DNA from: Pseudovirgaria hyperparasitica
Lineage: Eukaryota
DNA: 64,000 nucleotides
Direction: 5' to 3' (one strand)
Assembly: GCA_010093815.1 (NCBI GenBank)
Contig: ML996572.1
In this document: one piece after another, positions 36,685-49,721 of the stretch
How the letters are laid out: the number at the start of each line of letters is the position of its first letter
How positions within the stretch are numbered: position 1 is the stretch's first letter
Notes under the pieces: generated by a model
What the model saw: the letters and a program-made list of their open reading frames with translations, nothing else
Database searches by the model: none
Told to the model about the DNA's origin: nothing
Position numbers and translations under genes: made by a program

Positions 36685-39600
36685 TTATACCCGCTTCCAA
36701 TGATCATTTGTGCAAAATTGCCCACAGTATAGCTTCACCTGCTCATCATCAGGCCACCCGCCCCATTGCGGGATGCTCTCGATTTTCTGCTTGATGAGCA
36801 ACGTCAATGTCTCATTTGCTTCCGTATTCGAGGGGTTCTGCGGTCTCCAACTGCGTTCAATACAGACTCTTATAGCCACAATGAGCTTTGCGAAGTCACG
36901 CGACCCCGACACAATATCCTCTGTATATCCCTGCAGGTCATCCTTGTGCCACTCCATGAATGAAACCAGCGAGAATATGCCTTCCACGTCATGAAGGGCA
37001 CCAAGAGCACGTACATAGTGATGCAAGATTCTCGGCGAGGGAGTGCGAAGTAAGATCGAGCGCGAAGTGTCCTGTGACGGGTCCCCGAGATCACGCATAT
37101 TGACTCTGGAGACCATGACCAGGAACTGCGCACGGAGGAAGAGTGCAATGTCACGATGCCTGTGCTGGACATCCTCGGGAGGATAGTAGGTGTGTTCGGC
37201 GGTTGCGAGGGCAGCTTGTAGCGCACAGATGCAGAGAACCTTGAAAGACTGCGGACCGAGAGTCACGTGCTTCTCTTCCAGTTGTTGCACAATGTGCCGG
37301 ACATAGTCAAAGCTTAGAATATAGGGATTCTGTGCTATTGCTGAAGTCTTGACGCGCTTCCTTTCCCTTGCGCGATAAATGGCATCAAAGACCACGCTCC
37401 AAAGTGAATCGTGCGCAAGAGCGTGGAACAAAAGCGCGTTCACAATAACATGAAACCGGGCGAACGCCTGAGGAGTGTACAGGATGTTTTGAAGATGGTC
37501 GTACAGGGAGTTCTCGTTGGCCGCCAGTTCCGGTAATGCGGACAGCTTAACTGTTGGTCCTTTCAACTCTGCCCAGGTAGTCGAGTCGGTATGGAGGCCC
37601 CCCATTAACATGCGCACATAGCCTAATAGAAGGTCAGGCTTGCGTGCTATCCACCGACCCATCTGGTGATTGGGGTTCTCAAAGTATGTGCGCACAGCCC
37701 GTATGTGGGTCCCATTTCCAATGGCAACGACAGCCTTGGCGAACTCCAGATGAGGTGCATAGCGGAGCAGAAACGAAAGGAACCTGCCTGTAGGCCGGAT
37801 ACCTTCAACTTTCATCTCCTCAAGAAATGTCTCTACCGAAGGTGCTGCGCGCTCGACGTGGATTCGTTCGTATGGCGAGGTTGGTTCTGGTGCGACAACG
37901 GGCGTGTCTCCCGGGAGGATAGAATCAGAGAGCTCATCATTAATACCATAATAGCGCGAATCCATCCGGGCTTGAAACAACATTTTAAACATAGCGAAAT
38001 AGATGTCGTTCCGGGCATTCGCTTTCCAATCTTCCAGCTCCAATTGTTTTGCTTCCCATGCTCTCAGAACAGTTTTCATCGCGTCGTATTCTAGTCCCCG
38101 TTCTCTACTTTTTTTGTCTGTCGCCTTGTCTATCCAATTATCTAACGACTCTGATTCTTCAAATTCCATGATTTTCGTCTTCAGTGTCTGAATTTCGGCT
38201 GCACATTCGTTCAATTTTCGTCTGGTATCCTCTGCTTGCTGACGAATAGATTGCTCATACGCCAAGAAACAAGCCCAGGACTCGTTCAATGTCCTCGTGG
38301 ACTGGATTCTTGCCATCCATATCATAGTATCCTCACGAAGCTTTTGAACCATGTGTCCAAGCTCAGGTAGAATCGCACGAGTTTGTATCGTAGGGCTTCC
38401 GTCAGTATCCCATCCAGAATATATCAAAGCCGCACGGGCCCAAGGCGGTATAGGGTATCCTGCTTGTTGCATCCATCTTATGACCTGGTTGGACCGGGAG
38501 ATGCCATGTTCGGGGGTAATGAAAGCGTCGAGTCCAGTTTTGTCAGCTTTCCACGGAGGCCATGACTTCGCTTTGAGGCTCGCCCATTTTCGTTCTGGCT
38601 CAGTCTTATTCTGGTCCACCTGAACACGCACGAGACCATGATATCCACGCTCTGAGACTAGCAGGGGTGGCTCGAAGCCATTCATATAATGCAATATATC
38701 GAATTGTAGCCTCGCTTGGGCACTTGCACGTCCTCCTGTGCCGGAATAGTGTTTTCCAGGAAGGCCAACGAGATGGAGAATGGTATTGAAAATGTGAGAG
38801 ACCTTTGCAGCTTCTTCAACGCGTTGCTTATGTTGTCTGACATGCTCTTGAATGACATTACCATACGTTGATAAAATGAGTTGTACCACCAGCTCGAGCA
38901 TGCGGATATCATTTTGGCGAGCATGTCTAAGCAAACGGACTGCCACAAGCACAAAAAAACGCGCACTTTGAATTTCTTTCAGAACAGTGTCCTTTTTCTC
39001 GTGCAATGATCTGTTCACAAGGGCAGACAGAAGATTGAGAAAGTTCTCAAGACAAGAAGGCGGAATGTGGCTTCTTTTGAGGTATAGTAGCATCAGAAAT
39101 GTCGGAATCCTCTTCTCTGATGTTAAGAGTTCTGTAGCTGTATTGACTTTCTCCAGTACGATGACAGCCCAATGTCGTAGATCGTCCTGGTTGAACCCTT
39201 GAGCAGCCATTGTACGAGCTTCGACACCAACCAATTTATGGTCCAAGGATTGGACGGTATGGATCCAAGCTCTGCTTTTAGCGTGCCAATCCTGTTGCGT
39301 TACATATTGCTCCGCTGTTGTACTCTCACATCGCCGACTGCTTATTCGTCCTGTTCTGTCCAAGAACCGAGATAGCACATCTTGTAGACGCGTGCCGTAC
39401 AGAGCACTGGATTTGAACTCGGCGATGGTATCCACAGCACCATGTCTTTCAAGACTTCTCGGATTCCGAAACGATAGGTCAGTCTTACATTTCGGTGCGA
39501 GGGTGTAGAGGTGAACGCCATGTTTCTGCAGTACAGACTCCGTGATGCTCGTTGGCGTAGGCCGTTTGCGTTTTGCCCGGCTCAATGGAGGATTCTGCAA

Positions 39601-40261
39601 GTCAGGCCGGTTTCCTGCTTCGTGGTCAGGTTTCAGAGCAGACTTCGTCTTCACGTCTTGCAGCTTTGCGAACTGAGCATCCCTCTCTTTCCTGGACCCT
39701 GCTACAAATGATATAGTGCGTGGAGACGAGTTCGAGGCAGCCTTTACCACTACCGGTGAGCCGGAATCCTTTTGGTCCCTTTGTTTTGCACACTTATTTT
39801 GGTCTTTGTAGTCAGGCTTTGGAGCAGACTTCGCCGTGGTCTGTCTCTGCAGCTTAAGGTCATGCTGGGACGCAGATTTGGTGCCGAGCGACAGAACTGG
39901 GTCGGATGGAGTGCGTAGCTTGCGCTCAGATCGTACATGAGGCTTGATCAGGTGCCTAGTCTCACCAGCATGGTGCTGATGATTATCCCGGCCCTTTGAC
40001 CTCGTGCATGAAACCAATCCGTCGACAGAGGCGCTATCTCGAGAGAATACCTGCCGAGACGAGGAGTCTCCAGTAAATGAGGAAGTCTGTAGTGAGTATG
40101 ATGAAGATGACTGAGTGGCAACTTAGTCTATGCCTTCTAAGAATGCTGAGCGGATCACAAACCTTGAGTCTCCCAGGGTTATGAGTATGGACAGGCGTTG
40201 TGACATAAGGCCATTTTGATGAGCTGCTGGCGAGTCCAGACAGCCGGAAATAAGAGCGCAT
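36685..40261 (-). CDS. Large conserved fungal protein of unknown function, probably mitochondrial and helical-repeat (PPR-like)
   Basis: 1110-codon ORF extended upstream through an in-frame intron (~40112-40163) to ATG 40261 (MRSYFRLSGLASSSSKW..., presequence-like). Conserved blocks SWPPWK, GWDTDGSPTIQTR, LHHYVRALG and WGGWPDDEQV..Y. Confidence 0.78.
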
Positions 40262-40802
40262 TCATCGACGAATTGAGCAGGATCCAGAGGTTTATGGCAT
40301 GTAGAAGTTGGATGTTCAATAATTTAAAGATTGAAGCTGCAGAGCTTGACGCGACTCGCACCAAACCACAGCACATTCACGCCAGTCTAATTCGAGACAA
40401 TGGACTACGGAGCGCGCAGATGTATAGAGACCAATGCTTACTCCTTAGCAGGATTGCCCTGCTCCTGAACTTCACATCTTAGTCTCCCCAAGCGTCCGCG
40501 TCTTCGCGCGAAACCGCAAACCACCCAATTCAAGCATTCCAGCCCGCATTCATTCATTGCGACACCCATTACCATTCACTCATCCTCCACGCAGTTGATT
40601 TCTGCTGCAACCTGATCCGCAGTCGATTGCTCTTTGTAATCCCACGACTCAAATCATCCCTCGTTGCTCGACTACGCATGCTGCCTGTCATATTAGCACC
40701 CGACACAAATCACCACGTTGTAATCGCGCCCACGCTCGCGACTTGCAGCTGGATCGCAAACGAGGCACCGCTCCCACCGTTCGAGTAATATTCTTGCTCG
40801 AC

Positions 40803-43452
40803 ATGGCCGCCACAAATGGCAATCTCGCGCCATCTGATGCTGCGATCGCGACTCCACTATCACCATCTGGTCTCAAGAGAAAGCGCTCTGAAAGTGCAAC
40901 AGGACAGCAGAATGGCGACTCAGTAACACCCTCAAAGCCAGTACCCGAGAGCTCCGAGAAAGAAAACTTCTTTTCTGTACAGAAAGCAGTGCTCGGGATC
41001 CTGGAGAGGTCTGTTTGCGCGCACCGTCTTGACACGCAATCCGGATGCTAATCCTGAGTCTAGCTACGACACCAAGCCTTCTCTGCTAGAGCAACCCATC
41101 CCAGACGTACAACATACCTCATCTGCAGAACATACAGCAAAACGTACAAAGACCTCCGACGAGCCCCAAGCGAGAAGCATTAAGGACAAACTTCAAAATG
41201 GTTCATACATGTCATTCGAGCCACTGCTTGCTGATGTCGAAATCGCCAGCACTCATCTGTTGTCGACAAGCAAGATTGGTAGTGACGACGGCTCTGTACA
41301 ATCTTACAAGCCGCCTTCACTAGCCGAGACACGCCTCATAACAGGAATATATGCTCTGAAGAAGGTCCTCAGGAATCAAGTGCTACGTGAAGTATCTCAG
41401 CGGACCTCGAAGCTTGAGGACTCGGGCAAAGACTCAGGAGCGAAGGTGAATGGAGATGCCGTCAAGTCACCAACGGAAGTAACTGGGACAGAATGTCGCG
41501 TAGCAACTAGTAAGAAAGTGCTGACTATGTTTGCGAACGCCCAGGGACCCAAGACTCTGTTTTCCAGTCTTCAACAGCCTGCACATGTCGAGACTTCTAA
41601 CAAGAATCCCACCGGCTTTAGTACATCTATCGATGTCACGTTGCCAATGAATGATGGCGCTGGTTTACCTGGTATGATCAGAATCACAGAGGCTGTACCT
41701 GTTCAATGCGCCTCTAAACGCACTCCTACAATCGGGGAGCTATTTGCACCACCAGCCACAGTTCCACAATTGAGCCCTCCGAAACCCGCGAAACCATTGA
41801 CAACTAAAGGATCTGTTGTCACGTGGGTTGCAGAAGACTCTCTCTCAAAGTCACATCGAAAAGGAAAGACATACTTTTCCGAGCCACTAGCCACCGGCCA
41901 ATGGCTGGGATATGGTGGTGTTGATTCTTCAGAAGAGCCTACAACACTAGAGGCCAAGGCGAAACATCGCCAGCGCGCGTTGAGTACTGGCGCAGCCCGG
42001 CCTCCAGTACCAGCCGCAGCTGTCGCCGCCTTACAACAAGCCAGAGACGATGCTCTTTTCCGCAGTGCGTTTTCGAGCTTCGCACCAAGCCATGACGATA
42101 CTGTGGCAATAGTTCCATCGAGCATCAAGAACAGAGTCTGGTGGCACAAAATTGGCTCCAAAACGGTCCAAGAGGAAGTGCCCGTCGATCCGGCCTTGTA
42201 CGAGCAAGCTGTTGAGGACGATGCCATGGAGGATGCTCCTGCTGTCGATACTGAGGCAGAAGAAGAAGTATTTAAACAGGTTGTCGAGCACTATGAGGAA
42301 GAAGATCTTGAGGCCGCCTTAGGTCTGCGATCGAAGGAGGACAAAGAAGTCGACGAAGTGCTGAAAGAGATATCCGAGCTGATCGAGACCCTCCACTCGT
42401 ATCAGCGTATCCGCAATTCTACGTTGGCGGGAAATCTACGAACGCCAGTCACTTCAAGCGCACCTGTGCTCAATGGCACTCCGTCCAGTCCGTCATCCGC
42501 AGAAGTTGACATATATAAGATCTTGAGGTCTCAGCTATCGCTTCTCGTCTCTTCATTGCCTCCGTACGCCGTTGCGAAACTCAACGGCGAACAGCTCGCA
42601 GCGCTCAACATCAGCCGCAACATGGTAGTCGAGACTAAGACATACGAGGGAGTCTTGGAAGAGGATCAGGTTTCCAGACTAGCAAAGTCAACGTCCCTCG
42701 GGGCCACACCAAGCAAAGCTGTCGGTGTCACCCCTAACCATTCTACTCCGTTCTCTTCATACGGTAGAGTCCCTCCAGCGACGTCACATGGCCATTCTTC
42801 ACGCCCGTCCACCTACTTCCAACCACAGCAATCTCAAAACGCTCACCGTCCCTCCTATGCTCCGACACCATCGTTCTTCTCAGGTCAGCGGCCCCCATAC
42901 ACGCCACAACCTCCTCGCGGTGGCTATGCCCAGCAGACATACTACCAAGGCCAACCTCGTCCTCCCCCTGGCTACCAAGTCCAGGCCACAACATACTACA
43001 ATTCTCCTGCCGTACCCCAGGCTCAGCACCGTGGTGGCTACACGCCCCAACCGCACGCATACACCGCCCGTCCACAGCCCGTCGCACCCATGTATCCGCC
43101 TGCCGCGCATAGCCCGCATACACGGACTGCATCGCCCCTGAAGCCCACTCCAACCCCGACCCCAATGTATCCGCAACAAAGTCCGTCACGCCCAGGGTCG
43201 TATACCCCGGGACCGCCGCGTCCAAGCTCTTCGAGCTTCCACCCCCAGCAGCAAGGAAGTGGCGCACCGAACGAGATTGGCCCGAGTGGGTTTCACAGTA
43301 GCATGACTGGCGAGCAGCAGCAGAGTATGGTGGATCGACATCGTGCAAATCTAGCAAACGGAGGACGGGCAACGCCAGTCGCGGCGGAGAGCAGGGCGGG
43401 AAGCGGAACTCCAGGTGTGGAGAGGGAGAGTGGTACGCCAATGTCTACATGA
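40803..43452 (+). CDS. Conserved nuclear protein, candidate Rsc58/BRD7-9-like chromatin remodeller subunit
   Basis: ATG 40803 with NLS LKRKR; intron ~41009-41063. SIKDKLQNGSYMSF...D (degenerate bromodomain-like), WLGYGG, ALFRSAFSSFAPSHDD, LPPYAVAKLNGEQL, and a P/Q/Y-rich tail. Confidence 0.7.
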
Positions 43453-44204
43453 GAAAGGAGGCAAAGTGTCGTTACATCCGCAAAAGGGAACATGGGATTT
43501 GGGATTTGATTTGCACTGAATGAGTGGCGTTTCGGGTGTAAACTATCAAAATACCCGTCAAGAGCAACTGCGTTTGCTAGTACGGTGTCTTCGTTTCTTG
43601 TTTGAGTGGAACTGGAGAGCTGGGACGTTCCTCGTGTTAAGGGGGATTATAGAATTAGTCCCTGCGTCTTCGCAAAGATTGGGGGTAGTAATTGCACGTC
43701 ATGATGCTCAGCTATTTTCCTTCGTCGTGCTCGTCGACTTCATCTCCATTCAATCTTTCATCATGGGTCATGTCTCCTCGCTCCTGATTACATCATCTTC
43801 TGCACTACCTTACAGTGCTTGGGCCTGCTGATACATGGCCAATTCATGACGATCATACCATACATGTCCACACAGATATATGCACCACTCTGATGCAAAC
43901 CCTTCACCCCCATAGTAGTGTCCTCCGCCTCCAAGCCAATGCTTTTCATAAAGGTGATAGACCGAATCAGAAAGATCCGAAATCCCGTCCAACCGGGAAG
44001 AATTGAGGTAACGCCGTCGCTAAAGCGAGAAAATGAGGAACTGACATGGGAAAGAGTTTGTGCGCCGGAGATGCTGAGGCCGTTACGTCATGTTTGAAAC
44101 AGGGATCGTCGTAGAATGATAGTAAGTCCAAGGTCTGCTGTATCCAATCTCAGATATTGCGTTCGAGATCTACTCATCGTCATGAGTCCACGAGTATTTT
44201 AACA

Positions 44205-45689
44205 TCAGCTCTGTCGTGGTACTTCATTTGGGTATGGTTTTCGTCCCCATACCACATATCTATGCCACTGTCAGTCCAAAACCTCACATGACTTCTTTCA
44301 CCATACACAAACTCACATTTTGAGATACGCGTGCACGCTGCGATCACTAATCGCCTTACGCACATTCACCAAATCGACCTCAATCTCGTCCTTAGTCCAA
44401 CGTAATACGCGTGAAAACCACGCTAACGAGAAGCCCTGCAGTCCATCCAACAGATTCTGCTCACTGAACCGTCCCAACATTTTGAACTGCGGATCCTTCG
44501 GCCAGCTGTTGATAGGTAATTTGAACATCTCCTCCTTAACATCTACAAATCCAGCTTGCTCGTACCATCGCTTCAACTTATTTGCGATGCGCATAGGGCG
44601 ACCGGCGTCCATGGCGGCGCCATCCTGTCGACGCTGCCATACGAGGAGCGGGTAGTTGGGCGGCATGGTGCCGTCATCACAGAAGAGCATGCTGTACATT
44701 TCTTGGGACTCGAGATAGCCGCCAGGACGCAGCGAGTGGTAGGCCTTTTTTATGATTTCACGAAAGTCAGTGAAGGCGCCAAGGAGCACGCGGGTGTGGA
44801 CGTAGTCGAGGGAGGAAGGACGGATCATCCAGTCTGGCTCGGCGGCGTCGTCTATTATGAATTTGCAGTTCGCTGGGTAGCTACGAGTATGGCGTAAGGA
44901 TGGGGTTGTCGTGAGATGTGAGGGAGTGGAGGTGGACTTACTACATAGGCTGGATGGGCGAAAGGTCAGTTCCAGTGACTTCTGCGTTGGGGAACTTCTT
45001 GGCCATCTGTACAGCCCATTTCCCTGTGCCTGTGCCGATATCAAGGATCTTGCGTGGGTTCTCGAGGGGTGCAAAGTGGTTTCTGCCCCCGAACAGAACC
45101 TTTAGAATCTCGAACTGCAGGTCTAGACGTTCTAATTCGGGCTATGCGAGGCGTTAGCAATGCCGGTCGGTATGTTCACGACTGCGATTGGCGCTCACTG
45201 GATCGTTCGGGAATAAGTATGCTGTGCGCGTATCAGTGCATATCCTGTTTCGCTACTTTGCTACGCTCGACTTACAGCCCGCTTGGTAAGCATGATAGGT
45301 CCGTCCATTCTCTTTTATAAAGTTGAATATGCTCTCTCGCACACTCTTCGTGCTCCTGTGCCCAATCAGTACAGAGCTTCTCGACGCTCGCGTCTGTCCT
45401 TAGCCTGACGTACGTATCACAGCTACCGGTTTCGTGGCCGTTATCGGAAAGATCGGACTGTAGCACAAGATTGAATCAGTATTGTCGCTAATATACACGA
45501 ACGGGTCTAAGACTCCACAATGGCGTTCGTATTGTAGGGTGTGGCAGCGTCCCAGGACGAGGCTGATGAGAAGTAAGTGCGACATACATCGGGCTCTATA
45601 ATGTTTCGTGGCGACGGCGGACCTTCTTCAGGCGAGGGAGGCTCATCGTCGTAGAGGGGAGTAGATGGCGGAATGGTCAACGACGACAT
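44205..45689 (-). CDS. SAM-dependent methyltransferase (LaeA-like / Methyltransf_23 family)
   Basis: Multi-exon. KILDIGTGTGKWA (SAM-binding motif I), GTDLSPIQP, NCKFIIDDAAE, DYVHTR, LRPGGYLESQE, AGFVDV, KLPINSWPKD, and last exon IYVVWGRKP. Confidence 0.88.
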
Positions 45690-47140
45690 GCTGCTCTGGA
45701 GCAGTCAGTGGTCGAATTAAAGTAGTGGAGAGTGTTTGATCGTGGTCGTGTCGGGGAGCGAGTATGGACCCGGTATGTTGGATCATGGAGCTGAAGGTTT
45801 GGAGTAGGAAAAGTCGCTCTGGCAGCAGAAGTCCCGAGAACATGGAGCTGGTCCTGTTGGCGAAGTTCGCTTACCACACTAACTGCGGCCGCTTCTTCCA
45901 CCAGGGGCTCCCCAATTGACCTGTACCAAACATGCAACCCCATCACCACCACCGTTAATCCAAGGGATCGTTAATACACCACTCTGCTGACCCATCCAGC
46001 CCAAGATGCCAGGCCAGGGTGCAGCATGGACTGCCGACGCCACTCCCATCCCCTCGAACCACTACCTAGCGGCAAGAAAGCCCCGGTCATCGGGTCGGTC
46101 TTATTCGATGCTCGACGTCTTCTATCTGATTTAGCCTAGACAGCGATGACAATACTTCTCACGAGCACTCGCCATCATATCCTCCTTTCTCTCCCCTCTC
46201 CACCAATGGCAGTGTTGTATGTCAGCTGGCACAGCCTCGAAGCTCGCGTACGGATGCATAGAAGCCTCCCGCGAAAGAGACTCTGGCCTGACTTGCGAAT
46301 CCCTGACTATCTCTTACCTCTTCTTGTCAACGGCACATCACTCTGCAGCGCGACGACGTGGCTCGAATTGTCGGAGGATTCCAGTCTTTGCTCTCTGCAT
46401 CAGGCCCAGCTGCACGGGTGACATTAATACGGCTCACCCGCAGAACGTCACACAACAGCTTACAGGCTCACGGTCCGGGGGTCCGTGTCAGCAGGAGCAT
46501 CTTCTTTCGTCTGTTTATGTTGGGACAAGAAAGCTTATTGTCCCATGCAGCGCGACTGGCCTAACAAATCGCTTGCACAAGGCGTGCTCAGATTCTGAGC
46601 AAAAATTTGATACCTCTCACACGTCCCCGTCATGCAATTGATATTGTGACCAGTGCAAGCACGACCTGTGCTAGACTTCGAAAGAACCTGGGGACAGGCC
46701 TTGGCCGGACCATGCGGAAAATAAACAGTTCATGGTTTTAACACAGGCTCTAGCTGCATATTTGGGCCAGGCTCTTATCAGTCAGTCATGGCGATTTAGA
46801 TAGTAAGACAGCTGCGGCAGTTGACTTGACTTGGCACCTACTGTTTATGTGTGCCAACAGCATATTGTGGTGCAAACATGCATATTGCCTCATTATTGTA
46901 GAATCGCCCTATGGCAAGTCAATCCTGGACCTGAACGCTCTCACATGTAAGGAATTATAGTCACGGCAAGAGCTCAAGTCTTTATGTTGGGTCATGACGC
47001 CGTCTCTTTGTATGGGTGAAATAACAGGTATCGTTTGAATCGTTCCTCGTCTTTTTGCCTCAATCATAGCTCAATAAGGCCCCGTGCACTGAGCCTTAAA
47101 GCGCATTGGATCCTCACAAATGCAGCTCGACGCAAGCAGA

Positions 47141-47809
47141 TCAATGGGCAAGGCCTCCCTTGTGTCCAGCTTCCTTTGCAGCTTCGCTTCCTGGCTTGAA
47201 AGTGCCATCTTCACGGCGTCCGTTCTGCGATATATCATCAATACGGTGCATCAATTCCCACGCAGTAAGGGATACACTTACATCTTCGGCCTCGTGGGCA
47301 TGCTCTTGTGCGATAATACCACCTTTCCTTTGGTCAGCTCGAGCGTGGACGTGGAATTATATGCATATGCACCTTTGCGGCCAGCCTCTTTGGCAGCCTC
47401 GGATCCTGGCTTGAAGGTTCCATCCTCGCGACGTCCACTCTTTAGTAGTAATCAGTATGGTACAGTACGGAGGCATCGGGCTGTTCCTACATCGTGGGCT
47501 TGTTCGTGCGCATGCTCCTGGGCAATCACACCACCTGTATGTGTCAATCAACGTACTGCGAGCTAAATGCACATCGCATTACCTTTGCGACCAGCCTCCT
47601 TGGCAGCATCAGATCCAGGCACAAAGGTTCCATCGGTGCGGCGTCCAGTCTAGTGAGTATGTGAACAGGACGTCCTTACGTAGCGTGAGGGGTAAGCCTA
47701 CCTCGCGCTCGACTGCTTTCTCGTGAGCAGCCTTCCCACCTTTACTGGCAATGGCCCGGACTTCTTCAGTGGGACGGTTGGCGAAGTTTGCTGGGTTAGA
47801 ATCGGCCAT
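47141..47809 (-). CDS. con-10: Conidiation-specific protein 10-like (KGG stress-induced repeat) hydrophilin, 6 exons
   Basis: MADSNPANFANRPTEEVRAIASKGG followed by three copies of xGRRxDGTFxPGSxAAKEAGxKGG. Five GT-AG introns keep frame to TGA at 47141. Confidence 0.85.
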
Positions 47810-48044
47810 GTTGAAAGTATGCTGTGCGATGACACTAGATTGAACGAGCTGTAGAGTCAGAAAGGTTTAGAATTGTTTTGAGAAGAGAAAACTAGGGGCA
47901 TTGAATTCAGCTGCCATGTTATATTTGAGACTCAGGAAAGGCACTTCACTCAAACTGGCAAACACCATGTTCATCACGTTGTCAATTCCTTGTTGTTGTT
48001 GCCTTCAGTCTTGGAACATGGGAACCCGGTGACGTATGGGCGGA

Positions 48045-48132
48045 ACGCGCCCGGAAATCGCGTCCATGCCGGGCACTTAGCGGCTGATCACCGTTAGGCT
48101 ACCTACTTCGCGTCCCCCTAAACTTCACGCGT
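48045..48132. promoter_or_regulatory. Cluster of MCB-like ACGCG motifs upstream of UNG1
   Basis: ACGCG at 48045, TCGCGT at 48058 and 48108, and ACGCGT at 48127, all within ~155 bp of the ATG. Confidence 0.5.
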
Positions 48133-48197
48133 CTTATATCTCTATCTTCGCCACTCCAAGGCCCCAATACCATAATCTCGCCCTCGAACTACGTGTC

Positions 48198-49278
48198 ATG
48201 TCCCTCAAACGCAAAGCTGTCGAGCTGGTTGCTACGGAAGCAAAAAAACCAAAAGCCAATGGCAGCATCACGTCTTTCTTCGGCGCCCCAAAGTCGATTA
48301 GCACCACCGCTGGAGTTGCGCCAAAGGAGTCTGCGCAGCCGAAAGTCAAGTTCGATAAGGACGCGTGGGTGGCGAACCTAAAAGATGAACAGAAAGAATT
48401 GCTGAAATTGGAAATCGATACCCTGCACGAAAGCTGGTTGGCACATCTGAAAGACGAAATCACAAGCGCGGAGTTCCTAAATCTCAAGCGATTCGTTAAG
48501 AAAGAGATTGATAGTGGCAAGAAGATTTTCCCACCGCTAGAGCAGGTATATTCTTGGTCAGTACCCGCCAAACGCTGTCTAGACTTGCAGTGCTGCCTTC
48601 GGCTGGCCCGATGAGTCAATTGATACCATACTCAAGGCTGACAATCTTCAACAGGTCTCGACATACGCCCCTGAACACTGTCAAGGCAGTCATTCTCGGC
48701 CAAGATCCGTATCACAACGTGAACCAAGCCCACGGCCTGTGCTTTTCCGTCAAGCCTCCGACCCCAGCACCTCCTTCGCTCAAGAACATCTACATCGCGC
48801 TCAAAAAAGACTATCCTACCTTCTCGCCACCACCGAAGAATGGTGGTCTGCTCACGCCCTGGGCAGATCGAGGTGTGTTGCTGCTCAATACATGTCTGAC
48901 TGTTCGGGCACACGAGGCGAACAGTCATGCCGGGAAAGGCTGGGAGCGTTTCACACAGAAGGTAATCGACACTGTGGCTAAGCAGCGGACAAACGGCGTT
49001 GTGTTCCTTGCATGGGGCAGTCCGGCCCAGAAGAGAACTGCAAACATCAATAGTCAGAAGCATTTGATCTTAAAGAGCGTACATCCAAGTCCGTTGAGTG
49101 CTTCGAGGGGATGGGTGAGTACTCAGCAACTAGCGTATAGAGTCGGGATCCTGCTAACGTCCTTTAGTTTGACTGCGGACACTTCAAAAAGACCAACGAA
49201 TGGCTCAAACAACGCTATGGCGAAGATGCGGAGATCAATTGGGACCTCAACGTTCAGCCTGAGGAAGCAGGCGAGTAG
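48198..49278 (+). CDS. UNG1: Uracil-DNA glycosylase
   Basis: PIP-box-like SITSFF, VILGQDPYH, QAHGLCFSV, PPSLKNIY, GVLLLNTCLTV, VFLAWG, HPSPLSASRG / FDCGHF. Two introns. Confidence 0.97.
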
Positions 49279-49721
49279 AGTTGCATTATCTGCCACTGCG
49301 TAATAAACAAGTGATTGATTGGTCGGCCCTGTCACAATGTGACGGGTATCAAGCGCAAGTATGATGTTCGCTAGACGGAGTTTCTAGGTCTTTATATAGA
49401 ACAACATGTGTAGTGATTACGGCCTGCTAAGCACCCCAACAATGGTTAATTACTTGAAAATGTCCAGCATGTTCAAACACCAATTAATATGTTTTCCGCT
49501 CGCTTTAAGCTCATTGGGCAAGCTTCACAGGGTTTATGGTCTGTGCGCTGTCTAAGTCGAACGCGACGTAAGCTTTGGCGCAGCCGGTGTGGAGTGATTA
49601 AGCTCCAGCGTCTTTAGGCAACTCAACAGCTCTAGACCAACACTATTTCCTACTACCTGCAACTCTCTGCTCGTCACTACTGATTTTTCAGTAATGCCTT
49701 ATTCCTGCTCATAATACCATC

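Noticed and set aside
45690..47100. ORFs between the methyltransferase and con-10
   Set aside because: Overlapping, low-quality ORFs with no motifs. Consistent with a long regulatory region.
47106..47726. Plus-strand ORFs with repeated LKVPSSRRP / SWACSCA; direct repeats resembling an array
   Set aside because: These are antisense shadows of the con-10 coding repeats. Not a CRISPR array: the DNA is eukaryotic, the repeats are degenerate and they encode protein.
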